From the NCBI GenBank assembly GCA_030770535.1, contig JASVEC010000011.1, positions 620,001 to 684,000 of the forward strand: a stretch of DNA of 64,000 nucleotides. The letters are read 5' to 3'. Origin of the DNA: Batkoa obscura. Taxonomy: Eukaryota. This document shows, piece after piece, positions 26,335 through 39,629 of the stretch. The notes under the pieces were generated by a model, which saw nothing but the letters and a program-made list of their open reading frames with translations, did no database searches and was not told the DNA's origin. Position numbers and translations under genes: made by a program. Numbering within the stretch: position 1 is the stretch's first letter; the number at the start of each line of letters is the position of its first letter.

Positions 26335-27693
26335 TTATGTATGAACATTAAATATTAAATTAGGAGAACATCTTTCAATCCATTCGATAAATAAAGATTC
26401 TACTCTACCAAGGTTAACGGACAATAAATTATTAAATTTAGGGTTATAAATGATTTCAAATTTAATACTTGAATTCTTCCTTGATGCTTTTAAGATCTCA
26501 AAATATCTTAATTCTCTTTGACTACATAACCAATTTAAAAAATTTTCACCATATTCTTTAATATTACCAAAATAGAATTCTTTTAATTTGACACAATTTA
26601 TAGGTTTTGTTATGAAATCATCATCTGTTAATGAACTATCTATAGCTAATACTTGTAAATTAGTTAAACCTAATATTAAAGGCAGAAATGGATATCTTAA
26701 TTTTGTTAAGGAATGAATTTTTAAGATGTTTAAATTTTGTAAATGTAAAAAACAAGGTCGATGAATTTGAACTGTTTTTGTTAATATTAATTGAGTTAAA
26801 TTGGTAAATAAAGTAGGAAAGTTATTGATAACTAAACCTAATGAATTATCATTATTATAATTTAATGTCCGTAAATTGTTGATTTCACATAAATCTTCTA
26901 AGATTCCAAATACACATTCTTCTTTTAAATTCGTTATATTGAGCTCAATTTCACTCAATTTCTCTAATTTTTTACTACTCTTTTTATTTTCATTAGTCAA
27001 ATATTGTGTTGCATTAATACTTAACTTAGTTAATTCAGGTAAATAACCTTTAATCTCGGATAATAAAGAAGATTGATAAACATCACAATTTAGATTTAAT
27101 TCTTGTAAATTAGGTAAATAAATAAAATCTAATTCTCCTCTTAATTGAACTAATGAATTATTAAAATAAACGGTTAATTTTTGTATATTTTCATCATAAA
27201 AAGTAAAATGTTCAGTTAAATACTTATTTAAATTACCAAAATCTAATATCAGTTCTTTGATAACTAATTTGTTATTAGTAAATAATAATGATAGATCTAA
27301 TATTTGATCTAAACTTGATATTGCTATTTCTATTTTTGTTAAATTAGGGCATAACTCCACTATTTCTTTAATCCTTAATGGTCTTTCATAGATTGAACTT
27401 GAATAAAATGGATTAAATGGAAGTTCTATATCAAATTCTTTTCTAGGTATAGATAAATAATGATATTTTATTTTATTTCCATGTTTTTTTAATAAATTAA
27501 TTAACCTTTTATGTTCTATTTTATTACTTGCTTTCCCTCGAAACTCAGCCCATAAAATAAAATTACTATTTTCATACCACTGTTGACATACTAAATTTAT
27601 TGTCTTTAAATCTTCTATGGTTAAATATTGAAATATTTGTTGTAATATGTGGTTCGGTATCATATCATATCGTTTCTTCTTTTCTATTTTCAT
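26335..27693 (-). CDS. F-box/LRR (RNI-like) protein
   Basis: IPNHILQQIFQYL...INLVCQQW F-box, followed by LxxLxL repeats. Confidence 0.85.
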   Translation of the reverse strand: MKIEKKKRYDMIPNHILQQIFQYLTIEDLKTINLVCQQWYENSNFILWAEFRGKASNKIEHKRLINLLKKHGNKIKYHYLSIPRKEFDIELPFNPFYSSSIYERPLRIKEIVELCPNLTKIEIAISSLDQILDLSLLFTNNKLVIKELILDFGNLNKYLTEHFTFYDENIQKLTVYFNNSLVQLRGELDFIYLPNLQELNLNCDVYQSSLLSEIKGYLPELTKLSINATQYLTNENKKSSKKLEKLSEIELNITNLKEECVFGILEDLCEINNLRTLNYNNDNSLGLVINNFPTLFTNLTQLILTKTVQIHRPCFLHLQNLNILKIHSLTKLRYPFLPLILGLTNLQVLAIDSSLTDDDFITKPINCVKLKEFYFGNIKEYGENFLNWLCSQRELRYFEILKASRKNSSIKFEIIYNPKFNNLLSVNLGRVESLFIEWIERCSPNLIFNVHT

Positions 27694-28765
27694 TTGGGTT
27701 AGTCAATATCTATTTTATTTTTTTATAAGATTGAAAGCTTGATTTTTTTATTACTGTCTTATTGTTATTTATGTTTAATTGGCTTCTGTTTTAAAATTCT
27801 TTTTGTAAGGAAAATAGAGTGGTTTTAAAAATAATTCAAATATTTAAAAAATATTTATAACTTCTATCATAATTCGACTAGAAATATAGCAAAAGAAACT
27901 AAACTATATTAAAAAGGTGTTATTTTAAATATTATTTTTCAAAAAATTTAACATCAATTGATAAATTGATTACTGTAATACGATGCTTTAAAATTAGAAT
28001 AAATATTAGGATTTTTTAAAAAGCTATAATAAACGTTACATTACAAATATTAAAATAATTAATAGCTATAATTTAAAAGTGTTAATATTAAAAACAAATA
28101 AAGATGCTATGTTTCTTTTTAATTATCGATAAATTTTATATAATAAATGTTTTTTACTGTTTAATTAAATTCAAGTAGTATTAAATATATTTGATAGTAA
28201 TCATTAGCATTTCTAGCTTACAAAATAATATTTTAGCAAATAAAAGACATTCTCAATAAGCATAAATAAATAAAAGTATTGTTTATTAACAACTTTAGTA
28301 TACTTTTATTGTTAATATTATTGCAGCGTTTGCTAAATAGTTATCTACTTTTTTCCTCCTAAAAGAAAAATTATCAGAAAATTAACTAAAACATGCTTAT
28401 AAAAAGTTTCAAAGTATGATTGTACAATCTTGGTAGATTGATAGATATTACAATAGATAAAACAATTCATTAGTAATTCTATTCTCGCTTTTAATATCTT
28501 GGCTATACAACTTATACAATATCAATAAAGTAAATACTCAATACCAATTACATTTCAATATTTCATTCCGTCTTACTTTTTCTTATTAGGTGAAATTTCA
28601 TTATAGATTTTAGATTAGATATTAGATGAAGTGATCTAATTGGTCTAGATAGCATCAAAAAATCGAAATGATTGATTTAATCAAAGAATCTAACTAAATC
28701 TTAATTTCTATTCAATCCAATTCAAATAGAATAATCTGGTTAAGTTTATTTAGATCAATAAAAAA

Positions 28766-29613
28766 ATGTTATCACTAACTCAACTTACTGGCGGTACATT
28801 AAATATACACTTTTAATTGAAATTGTTATTAATTAGTTAAATTAGCTGGAATTCGTGCTTCCACTTTATTTAATCCTTTAGTTCGTAGTACATTACCTTC
28901 AGTTCGTAAGTTGACTAATAATTAGATAAAAAATAAGTGAAATTAATCACTGTAGAATCAACACTCCAACGTCGTAATCTTAATTCAAGCATTCAAATTG
29001 CACCAAGAAACAATGCTGAAATAATGGCCACACCAGACAATGCTTCAGGTAGAAAAAGACAAAATATTTAAAAAATAGATTAATTAATATTTTATTAAAG
29101 ATTTTGTTTTATCTACTGTGGATAAAATCGCCAATTGGGCCCGTCAAGGTTCTATTTGGCCCATGACTTTCGGTTTAGCTTGTTGTGCTGTCGAGATGAT
29201 GCATATGGCTGCTTCTCGTTATGATCAGGATCAATTTGGTATTCTTTTCCGTGCTTCTCCACGTCAATCGGATGTCATGATTGTTGCAGGTACTCTTACT
29301 AATAAAATGGCACCAGCACTTCGACGTGTTTATGATCAAGTAAGCTATTCTAATTAATTTATATTTTAATTAATTATTTAATATAAAGATGCCTGAACCA
29401 CGATGGGTAATTTCAATGGGTTCTTGTGCTAATGGTGGGGGTTATTATCATTATTCATACGCTGTTGTAAGAGGATGTGATCGTATTGTTCCAGTAGATA
29501 TTTATGTTCCTGGTTGTCCACCAACAGCTGAAGCTTTATTATATGGTGTACTTCAACTTCAGAAAAAAATGCGTCGTAATCGTACCCTTAGAATGTGGTA
29601 TCGTAAATATTAA
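28766..29613 (+). CDS. NDUFS7: Complex I PSST/20-kDa Fe-S subunit, 5 exons
   Basis: [54 protein letters not shown]. Presequence exons start at ATG 28766. Confidence 0.97.
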
Positions 29614-30173
29614 AGCTATCTTCTTAAAGTTTTTTTGATTAAAAAAGGTAAAACATAGTTAAGTTATATGAAAGTACATGTTATAAAGTTCAATTTATAA
29701 ATATGGGGTTTGATTACTTATTTCCCAGCAGCTTTATTTCATTATAGGATAATTATAATTTTACTACTGTATTTTCAATAATAATATACATGACTCATGT
29801 TAAAATAGAACTAATATCTATAAACCAATATAAGATGTATTTGAATTTAACTTTCATTACTAATCTTTATATTAGCTGTGTACGAATATTGTTTGATGTA
29901 TATTGTATAAAAGTGATCAATCAGCAGAATATGTAAATTATTCGGTTAGTTTTTTAACCGAGATGACATATTTAGTATTTAGTATTTAGTTATTTAAAGT
30001 CCAGTTACAAAGTTAAAAATACAAGGCTTTGGTTATCCCTATTATATTATATTGTATATTCTATTTATCTCTATAGTTACTTAGCTAAAATGCTCCAAAT
30101 TATATTATAACGAAAATTAATTACTAAATAAAAGCGATTATTTTTTAGCATTCTTATTTTTATTTTTTAATAT

Positions 30174-30274
30174 GGGGATGTTTTTTTTGGCTTCATCACT
30201 TTTTCCATTTTTTAAGCGCTATTTGAGTGGAAAGATTGTTAGTAAAATTCTTAAACAAAAAAATACATCCCCCC
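30174..30274 (+). mobile_element. 99-bp MITE copy 5 (near consensus)
   Basis: GGGGATGTTTT...ACATCCCCCC. Flanks ATAT/ATAT. Confidence 0.92.
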
Positions 30275-30624
30275 ATATATTCAATTTCATTACTCTATCA
30301 AATTTGTTAGCTATAGTTGGCTATATTTAATGTATTTATACTTGAATCGCATCGTTTATCATTTTTAAAGCTCAAAAACGTTGAATATACTAATTTGTAT
30401 TATTGGCATATGGTATCTCATATTATTTAATGTAATATATTCTATTATATAAACTAATTGATAAATCTAAATACGAGCATATGAATTAGAATCTCATCTG
30501 CGCTTTCCTAGTCATTTTGACAGAAAACTAAATTTGGGAGTTAATTTCAACCAATCATCGATAAAAAGCTCAAATATAAATTCATCAAAATTGAAATCCA
30601 TGTCCAAGTATTTTTTACATAAAA

Positions 30625-33018
30625 ATGGCCGCCGAAGTAGCAACCAGCATGGAAAAATTAAATATTAAAGAAGGAAAACCAATGTTAGGGGGAAGTGTAC
30701 TCACTGACAAAGATGTAATTTTTATTGGAACTTAACTTTTTTTTCATTGTTCATCAAACTAGATCAAACCAACTCCTGAATTCTTTGACCATCGTATCAA
30801 AATTTTTGAAGACCTTAAAAAAAAGTATGACGAGGAAATTAAAAGTATATTTTTTTAATTACAGTATCTTGAATTAAATTAATTATTATATCATCTAGAT
30901 AAGGCTCGTGAACCCATTACTATTACTTTACCTGATGGTAAAACTAAAGAGGGTACTTCTTGGGAGACTTCTCCTATGGATATCGCTAAAGGTATTGCTA
31001 AATCTTTAGCTGAGAAAATTATTATTTCCAAGGTATAAGTTAAATTGTTTTATAAAAAATGGTTATTAAAATTATTAGGTTGATGGAGAACTTTATGATC
31101 TTGAACGTCCACTTGAAAAGTCTTGTAATTTAGAATTACTTACTTTTGAAAATGAAGAAGGTAAGTTTAGCTCAAATATCAGAGACATATAATAACATTT
31201 TATAGCAAAAAGAGTTTTCTGGCATTCTTCCGCCCATATTTTGGGTGAAGCTTGTGAACGTCATTATGGTTGTAACCTTTGCATTGGACCACCAATTGAA
31301 GATGGCTTTTACTACGAAATGAATATTGGTGAAAGGTAAAAACATATCTCAATTTATTTAGATACATATTAATATTTATTAGAGTTGTAACTCAATCTGA
31401 TTATCCTAACTTAGAGACCCTTGCTAAGGGTATTGTAAAAGAAAAGCAACCTTTTGAGCGTTTAGTTCTTTCAAAAGAAGATTTACTTGAAATGTTCAAA
31501 CATAACCCATACAAGGTTCACATAATTAAGGATAAAATCCCAGACGGTACTTCTACTACTGTATATCGTTGCGGTCCCCTTATTGATCTTTGCCGTGGTC
31601 CTCATGTTCCTAATACTGGAAAGGTTAAAGCTTTTTCAATCATGAAGAACTCCGCTTCTTATTTCTTAGGTGATGCTAAAAATGATTCGCTTCAACGATT
31701 ATACGGTATTTCATTCCCAGACTCCAAACAAATGACTGAATATAAACATTTCTTGGCTGAAGCTGCTAAACGTGATCATCGTAAAATTGGTAAAGATCAA
31801 GAATTATTCTTCTTCCATGAACTTTCTCCAGGTTCATGTTTTTTCCTTCCTCACGGTGCTCGTATTTATAATGGATTAATGGATTACATTAAATCAGAAT
31901 ACCGTAAACGTGGCTTCCAAGAAGTTGTTACTCCAAATGTTTATGATATTAAACTTTGGGAAACTTCTGGACATTGGCAAAATTATCAAGAAAATATGTT
32001 TTCATTTGAAGTAGAAAATTCAACCTTTGCTCTCAAACCTATGAATTGCCCAGGTCATTGTTTATTATTTGGTCATATTAGCCGTTCATACAGAGAACTT
32101 CCATTGCGTTTTGCTGATTTCGGTGTACTTCATCGTAATGAATTCTCTGGTGCCCTTACTGGTTTAACTCGTGTAAGAAGATTCCAACAAGATGACGCAC
32201 ATATTTTCTGTACCCGTGAACAAGTTGAAGATGAAATCAAAGGATGTTTCGAGTTCCTTAAAGCTGTTTATGGTACCTTTGGTTTCCAATTTGAGCTTAA
32301 ATTATCCACTCGCCCAGAAAATTACATTGGTGATATTGAAGTTTGGGATAGTGCTGAAAAGCAACTTGAAAATGCTCTTAATGCCTTAGGACATCCTTGG
32401 GAACTCAACCCAGGAGATGGTGCCTTTTATGGACCAAAGATTGATATTAAAATCAGTGATGCACTTCGTCGTAAGCATCAATGTGCTACTATCCAACTTG
32501 ATTTCAATCTTCCAAAGAGATTTGAGTTACAATACCGTACTTCTGAAGTAGCTATTGGAGAAGGTACTGGTGCTGGTTATCAAGCTCCAATCATGATCCA
32601 TCGTGCTATCTATGGTTCTTTAGAACGTATGATTGCTATTCTTACTGAGCACTTTGGTGGTAAATGGCCATTCTGGATATCTCCTAGACAAGTCATGATT
32701 GTTCCAGTTAACTTAAAGGTTGCTGAATATGCTGAAAAAGTACGACAAACTCTTCATGATGCTGGCTTTTATGCTGATGCTGATTTAGGAGAAAATACTT
32801 TGAATAAGAAGATCCGTAATGCTGAGTTATCTCAGTATAATTTTATTGCTGTCGTTGGTGCTGAAGAAGAAAATACTAACTCAGTCAATTTACGTAATCG
32901 TGACGACCAAGGTACTAAAGCCAAAGGAGAAACTATTCCATTAGATACTTTAGTGGGTAATTTACATAGACTAAAAGAATTACGTTCAATCACCAACCAA
33001 TTCCAACAAACTGAATAA
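30625..33018 (+). CDS. THS1: Cytosolic threonyl-tRNA synthetase, multi-exon
   Basis: TGS domain [62 protein letters not shown]. Confidence 0.97.
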
Positions 33019-33227
33019 AGATACTAAATAAATTGGATAAAACTTAGCTTATTATTTTGTTACTATTACTTTTAAACTTTTTTTAATTAAACTTGGCAGC
33101 TTAAAGCTAATACTCAATTTTTTATGAATAGTATAAATTTTGGTTACCTCACTTTATTTTTGTATAAATAAAAGTTCAGTTGTTTTATGGAAATTAAGGA
33201 CGATAAAATTTATTGAAGACGTATTAA

Positions 33228-34464
33228 ATGGATGTTCCTATCGAAAGTAACAGTGATTATATACTCATATATCCATTAACAATAAATAGATCAATTTGAA
33301 ACCAAATTTAGATATGTTGGTGTAATTGGAGATAAACAATGGTTTTTAAAGCAAAATTTAATATCAAATACCCTTTATAATAATGAACAACTAAAGAAAT
33401 GCGTAATTCTTTTTTTTATTTATTTTTATTTTGCAACTAATTCACTCAAATAGCTTCCAATATTTAGCAGATTAAAAGAAGAACTGGTAGCTATTATACA
33501 TTTATTATAAACTTATCTAATATTTTACAAGGAATGTTTGGATTTTATTTTAGATATAGAAAAATATAACATGTATATATTTCTACCCTATCCTTATGCT
33601 AGCTCTCAGATAACTTTAAATAATCAGGTAAGAAATATAAACTTATCTTTTTCTTTAAATTTATTTTTTAGAACTTCAACTCCTTTATACATAAACTAGA
33701 TAAAGCCTACACAAACGCTTTAACTCTCTTATTCGTTTGCAGCAATGAAGTTTGGGTAATTTCATTACAATTTCATTATAATTTTGTTATTCATATTATT
33801 TATACTAATATTTAAGATCAATTATAAAGCTGAGGCCTTTGTTTCTTTTTTAAGGCATTTGTGCAAAGCTACCGAAATAAAGAAAAAGAACAGAGAATTA
33901 CAATTCAAACCCCCCTTCATGCATTTTATTTTAACTTTAGATAGGTATATTGAAGTAGATAACAATAACCATGTAAATTATTCCACCTTTTGTTTTATAT
34001 AACTTATTTTGTTTAGGGTAATTCAATTAAAGAAGAAATAGATTCTTTTCGCTCCACTATACTTAATTTGCTTAAATCAAATCGTATTATTCCTAAACCA
34101 GACCAAAACGATATTAGGTACTTTAATTCCATTTTGACTATCATTACTTATTTTTTTAGAAATAGTTTAGCACAACTTCCCCTTGATTTGGTTGAAACTA
34201 GAATCAACTATATTAAGCCTCCAAAGTTATACAATCTTGATCAAGAAAAAGCAGATGTTGATGACTGGGAAGAAAATAACAAAAAGTCGTTATCAGAAGA
34301 AGATTTTGATTTAAAAACAAATAGTAGTGAGTTTACAATCCCTAAAGATAGCCAGAAGGTAACTTTTAGATAAATATTATTTATTAAATTAACTCAATAT
34401 TTTATAGTCTTTATTCCTAAGTTTATGGCTTGAGAGAATTTATTTAATATTAAAAAAATTATAG
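33228..34464 (+). CDS. Hypothetical multi-exon protein (~8-9 exons), family not recognised
   Basis: A chain of GT-AG introns keeps an open frame from MDVPIE through QFETKFRYVGVIGDKQWF, ECLDFILDIEKY, NFNSFIHKLDKAY and SLAQLPLDLVETRINYIKPP to TAG 34464. Confidence 0.6.
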
Positions 34465-35491
34465 TGGTGTATGAATTAGTTAGGATTATATAAGATACTT
34501 TTTTTATCTCTTTCATATACTTTAATATTGCGGATTTTATGTTGATATATACAAAGGACTTGGAGTTGGCTGTACAATTCAAACTCAGTTTTTTTATTTA
34601 AATTCTTAAAGGAGAACTATATAATTGATTCTATTTCTTTAAGACACCTTTAAGTCTTCCTTTAGTATAACTTATAAATCATAGCTAGTATTCTTACAAT
34701 TCAGACTACTGATTGTTTAATTTCAAATCTTGGCAATGACGTTTTTTAGTAAATATTTGTCTTTGTATTTTTAACTTATTATTAGATACAAGTATAACCA
34801 ACATTATATACTTGGTTCAATTATAAATACTTGTACCCTATAAAGTTTTATCATAGTGTTATTTTAAGCATATCCATGTACTTAAAACTATAACATTTTA
34901 TTAATAAATTAAATTGTAATGTTTAATTATTCTCTAAACCAGCATTCTCATGCCACTGTTGCGCAATAGTTTTGAATTTATGCAATTTGTTTTAGCTTAT
35001 ACTAGTTCAAACACAGATAAATTTCGAAAATTATTAAGTTCTGAATTAAAGAATTTTAAAAGAAATTTATAGCCCTGGATTTTTAATGTGATTTTTATTT
35101 GATCTTATTAATATTTATATGATTTTATTATAATCTATCTATAAAATCTTACTATTATTTTTTGCATCCAATTTAGATACTTGAATTTAGTATTAGTAGT
35201 TTTAGCTCACTTAGTTTTTAGATAGCTTTGCAATCATTCTTAAATATGAGTTTAAACTATTTAAAATCAACAAACCTTACTAAATAAACTTTTGTGCTTG
35301 TATATTTATACTTTAAAAATATTGAATCCTTTATTTTTTTAAACACTTATTTTTCATAACCATTTTTTATAAAGTTGGTTTTAATTGCATGTTTTATACC
35401 GCAAATTTAAAAAAAGAAAACCATGATTAAACTTTTATTATATTAATTTTATATTAATGACAAACAGGATACTACACTATTAATTAAAACA

Positions 35492-37519
35492 TTAGTTTAC
35501 TGCGCTTTCTTCAGCTATATCTTCTATTCTTGGGCGGCAAGTTGCCTTTTTCGTATGTCTGACTTGAGCATCTTTGCGTCCAAACTTTTTATTACAGCGA
35601 CCACAACTAAATGGTTTCATTTTAAGATGAATTTTCATATGCCTTATAAGATCTTGGCGTCTACGAAACATTGACGGACAATCAGCGCAAGAAAATGGTC
35701 TTTGGGCGTTGTGGGTCAAGACATGTTTACGAATAGACGATAAGCTTCCACACATAGATTGGCAAGTGGGATATGGACATATTAACGGGAAATTTAGATT
35801 GGTCGCAGTAACTTCTAAATACTTTAAAGAGTCATTTAAAATAGGAAGTGCTACAGAGCCTGGTTGCTTAAATATGGTAGTTGCATTACCCCAATTCGAT
35901 TTGGTTAATGCAGGTACTACTTTTGATCCTAAACTTCCCTCCTTTAATAAGACATTTAAAGACAACTGGGGGTCTTCAGGGCCCATCATTAACAATTCTG
36001 CATGGCTCATCCCTTTTTTAGCGCTTGAATCACGACTTATTACCATAGACATTTCTTCTGATATATTCGTATTTTCAAATACTTCGTTTATAATTGAAAG
36101 TGATTTATTGAAGTCAGGTCCTTTATTTTGACTATCCTTTTTCTTTCCCCTCTTTACTTTTTCTTTTTTTTGTACTGGTTTTGAACAGTTATATGTTTTG
36201 TTAGTTAAATCGAGAGCCTTGGTACTTAAAATATCAAATGGCTCTTCCGAAATAGGCGGGCAACTTATTACTATCTGTGACGAAGCTTTGGAATTATTCT
36301 CGTTTTGAAATTCCGTATTTTGGAATTCCATATTTCGTTGTTGTATAACTTGTTGTTGCTGATTTTGGGCTAAAATTGGAGTATTTGTGGTAGAATATGA
36401 CATTCCAATACACGGATAGCTAAGTTTACGATGATAAAAACCTGGAGTATTAGGAACTGATGGCATACCATTTATAAACCTGTAGCTTTCTATTGCCGTA
36501 CTATTCCTTCGATTAATATTAGGATTGTAGATAGGCGTAGACGGAATTTTAATAACAGATACAGGTGTCCCTTCATAGGGTGACACAGATAAAGGGAAAC
36601 TACTGATGGTAACAGGAGTCATACTAGATGTAGGTGTAAAGTTAATATTATTTCCATAGTTAAAGGCAATTAAATTTGGCTCATTTTCTTGAGAAAAATC
36701 ATTAATTGGGTACTGATAATCAATAGCGTATGGAAAGGAAACTAAAGGAATTGAGCTAATATTTAAATTCAAAGAACCTCGAATATATTGGTGATTTAAA
36801 TGATCTGAGGGCTGACCAAATCCATCAGTTCTTAAATTATTATTACTCATGGAGTACAACTCAAAGTTGTTCGACATATCATAGTTATTTTGAGAATATG
36901 ATACATTGTTATTTATAGATTGTCCTTGGTCTATTATAAAATCATCGCTTTGATTTATGCTTTGTGAGACCAAATTGTTAAAATTGTAGTCTATATACTG
37001 CTTTGATTCGTAAAATGAGCTAATAGTTTGAGTGGGGTCATACTGAAATACTTCAGCATTAGGGGTAATGAAAGAAGGAGGATCAACAAAGGAGGGTTCT
37101 GGGAAATAAAGGAACGGCTGAGAAGTCAACTCAAAGCCATTTCCGAGACTTGATTTTAGGACTCCAAGTTTATTTTTTATTACACCCATAGTTTCGGAGG
37201 TCGGTAAGGAGTTTAAGGCAGTAGTAAGAGTAGAGCAAGAAGATTTTCTTGTACCATTAGAACTTGGTTTTAGAATAATATCTTCGATATCTTTCTTTAC
37301 CTTTAACAAGTCTTGGTTTATGTTTTTTATCAATTGTGCCAAACTTGATTTAGATTGAGGAGTAAGGTTTCTTTCTTGGTTCAAGAAATTTGATAAAAAG
37401 TTGGGATCTAATATTCCTGGAAAGTCTTCTACTAACTTCAAATTTATCAGAGTATTCCTTAAGAAGGCTATCTCTTCCTTCTTTAATATATATTCGTCAC
37501 TACTTATAGCGTCCACCAT
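35492..37519 (-). CDS. C2H2 zinc-finger transcription factor (3 C-terminal fingers, S/T/P-rich)
   Basis: CPYPTC..H, RPFSCADCPSMFRRRQDLIRHMKIH, KPFSCGRCNKKFGRKDAQVRH. Confidence 0.9.
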   Translation of the reverse strand: MVDAISSDEYILKKEEIAFLRNTLINLKLVEDFPGILDPNFLSNFLNQERNLTPQSKSSLAQLIKNINQDLLKVKKDIEDIILKPSSNGTRKSSCSTLTTALNSLPTSETMGVIKNKLGVLKSSLGNGFELTSQPFLYFPEPSFVDPPSFITPNAEVFQYDPTQTISSFYESKQYIDYNFNNLVSQSINQSDDFIIDQGQSINNNVSYSQNNYDMSNNFELYSMSNNNLRTDGFGQPSDHLNHQYIRGSLNLNISSIPLVSFPYAIDYQYPINDFSQENEPNLIAFNYGNNINFTPTSSMTPVTISSFPLSVSPYEGTPVSVIKIPSTPIYNPNINRRNSTAIESYRFINGMPSVPNTPGFYHRKLSYPCIGMSYSTTNTPILAQNQQQQVIQQRNMEFQNTEFQNENNSKASSQIVISCPPISEEPFDILSTKALDLTNKTYNCSKPVQKKEKVKRGKKKDSQNKGPDFNKSLSIINEVFENTNISEEMSMVISRDSSAKKGMSHAELLMMGPEDPQLSLNVLLKEGSLGSKVVPALTKSNWGNATTIFKQPGSVALPILNDSLKYLEVTATNLNFPLICPYPTCQSMCGSLSSIRKHVLTHNAQRPFSCADCPSMFRRRQDLIRHMKIHLKMKPFSCGRCNKKFGRKDAQVRHTKKATCRPRIEDIAEESAVN

Positions 37520-38702
37520 TTTATTTAGTTTACCAACCTTTTTATGTTTTCAAAATTTTCCAAGAGCATATTTCCAAATTTAATTCGATTTTTTTTTGGT
37601 CAAACCAAATTTTTAATAAGTCTAATTGGTCAAGCAATTTTCAAATATTTTTTTCTGGTCTGGGTTATGCAGAACACATATATGCTTTATTCATTTTATT
37701 TTTACCGAAGTACTATTGCAAAATACTAATAGGTTGGGTTCTTGAAATAGAATTTTGCAATGTTTGAACAAACTGAAATGGAGATTTAAGCTTTTTGTGG
37801 ATAAAATTCGAAGTCTAATGATTACATTGGTTTCAGATTTTACTCAATGATTTATTGCCCTACTAATTGAATAATTTATTTATTCGCTTCTATTTTTACC
37901 AGCTTTGTGCAATACGCTTTATAAGAGCATCATTGGTTAAATAAGGACAGATGTTAGTTTTACAGGATAAATTAACTTTTGAAGTGTAAATTCCGATACA
38001 ATTCCACCTTGAAAATTCACATTTGATGGAAATAAAATTTCTCATGCTCTACTTTTATGAAAGTAAAAAATGCTTTAGCAATAAATTGAATTTAACAGCA
38101 ATTTACAGTGCTTTTCCTATATATAACATTTTAATTTATATGCTTTTAAATGGTGTTGCATATTATTGGTTTATACATGAGTTGTTATGATCAATATATT
38201 AATTATTATTACTTATTTATATGATTATTTGTTCTATTGCGGCTTGTATGTCCTAAAAACTATTTATAAAGAATATTTCTGTGTAATTCTTTGTTCTCAA
38301 TCTCTAAAATGTAAAGGTAAATACTTAATTTAAATGGTTTGGATCCAGAGCTGATGATATATATTACAAATATTTGTTAAATATTTAGTAATCAAGTGAC
38401 TGAACTTATTTGTATAAACTTTTCAAATTTATTCATCGTTGCTCATTTTTCAAAAAGATAGTTTCTATATGAAGCAAATGCCTTTAAGATAAGAGATTAA
38501 TAAATTTATCCAAGAATAAAATGTTAAGAAATGCTGTTTGTATTGTGCAACTAAATGCTGAATGAGAAAATTGGCTTGAGTGCAAAAATTGGTTTGAGTG
38601 CAAAATTGGGCAAATATTATCTGCAATGTAAATTTTGTGCTGCTTTGTTTGAAACTATCAGTGTGAGTATAATATAAACAGATGATGTCAAAAGGAAAAT
38701 AT

Positions 38703-38798
38703 GGGGATGTTTTTTTTGGTTTTATTACTTTTTCCATTTTTTAAGCATTATTTGAGTAGAATAATTGTTAGTAAAATTCTTAAAAAAAATACATCCTC
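38703..38798 (+). mobile_element. 99-bp MITE copy 6
   Basis: Consensus match. Flanks ATAT/ATAT. Confidence 0.9.
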
Positions 38799-39053
38799 AT
38801 ATTAACGTATTAGTATTCTTAAAAAATACAAAAATTTTGGAAATGCATTAAAACATAAACAGATAGGTAGGTAGAAAAAAGCTATTATCTGCGATTTATA
38901 AATAAAAAGTATTAACAAACTGCTCAAAAGCCAGGGCACTAAGTTAGAATTTAATTGATAAAGCTTTGATGATAACTTATTAATAGAAGTCAGATCGAAA
39001 TAAACATATTATAAGTGTAGGACTTAATATCTGTGGTATACAATCTAATCATA

Positions 39054-39152
39054 GGAGGTGTTTTTTTTGGTTTCATTATTTTTTCCATTTTTTAAGCGTT
39101 ATTTGAGCGGAAAGATTGCTAGTAAAATTCTTGAACAAAAAAATACATCCCC
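39054..39152 (+). mobile_element. 99-bp MITE copy 7
   Basis: Consensus match. Flanks CATA/ATAT, so the left duplication is not intact. Confidence 0.9.
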
Positions 39153-39504
39153 ATATATGCTTTTTTTATCTTTAATCTTTTCAAAATTTCAAACATCTAT
39201 ATGATATTTTTAATATCAATATGTAATGGACATTTCGTTATATTTGATTGTTTGGGACAAAAATAGTCCGAGAACCCAAAAGAACAAAAACATCTAAGTT
39301 AGGAAGTTTTCTATCAAATGCCATTTGCTGGGATATAGTTCCATATAACGCGGTTAACGCTCCTCCTCCCCTATAAAAAGAAATCCAACAAAGAAGATGA
39401 TTCTTTGTTGTGAAATAGTTATATACTAAGATGATAAATTCAATACGTATAGAATAAATTTATATTAAAACTCAATTTATTGTTAATATAAGAACTTTAT
39501 ATAT

Positions 39505-39604
39505 AAGGATATATTTTTGTGTTTAAGAATTTTACTAACAATCTTTCTGCTGAAATAGCACTTAAAAGATGGAAAAAGTGATGAAGCCAAAAAAAAACAC
39601 CTCC
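39505..39604 (-). mobile_element. 99-bp MITE copy 8
   Basis: Reverse-complement match. Flanks ATAT/ATAT. Confidence 0.9.
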
Positions 39605-39629
39605 ATATAGTATGACTAAATTTCAGATT

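Noticed and set aside
29942..29961. TCGGTTA-N6-TAACCGA palindrome (CGG-N12-CCG)
   Set aside because: Single short palindrome; cannot be distinguished from chance
39250..39375. Minus-strand GGGALTALYG...VFVLLGS resembling a class-3 lipase motif
   Set aside because: No GHS nucleophile context and no further exons could be supported
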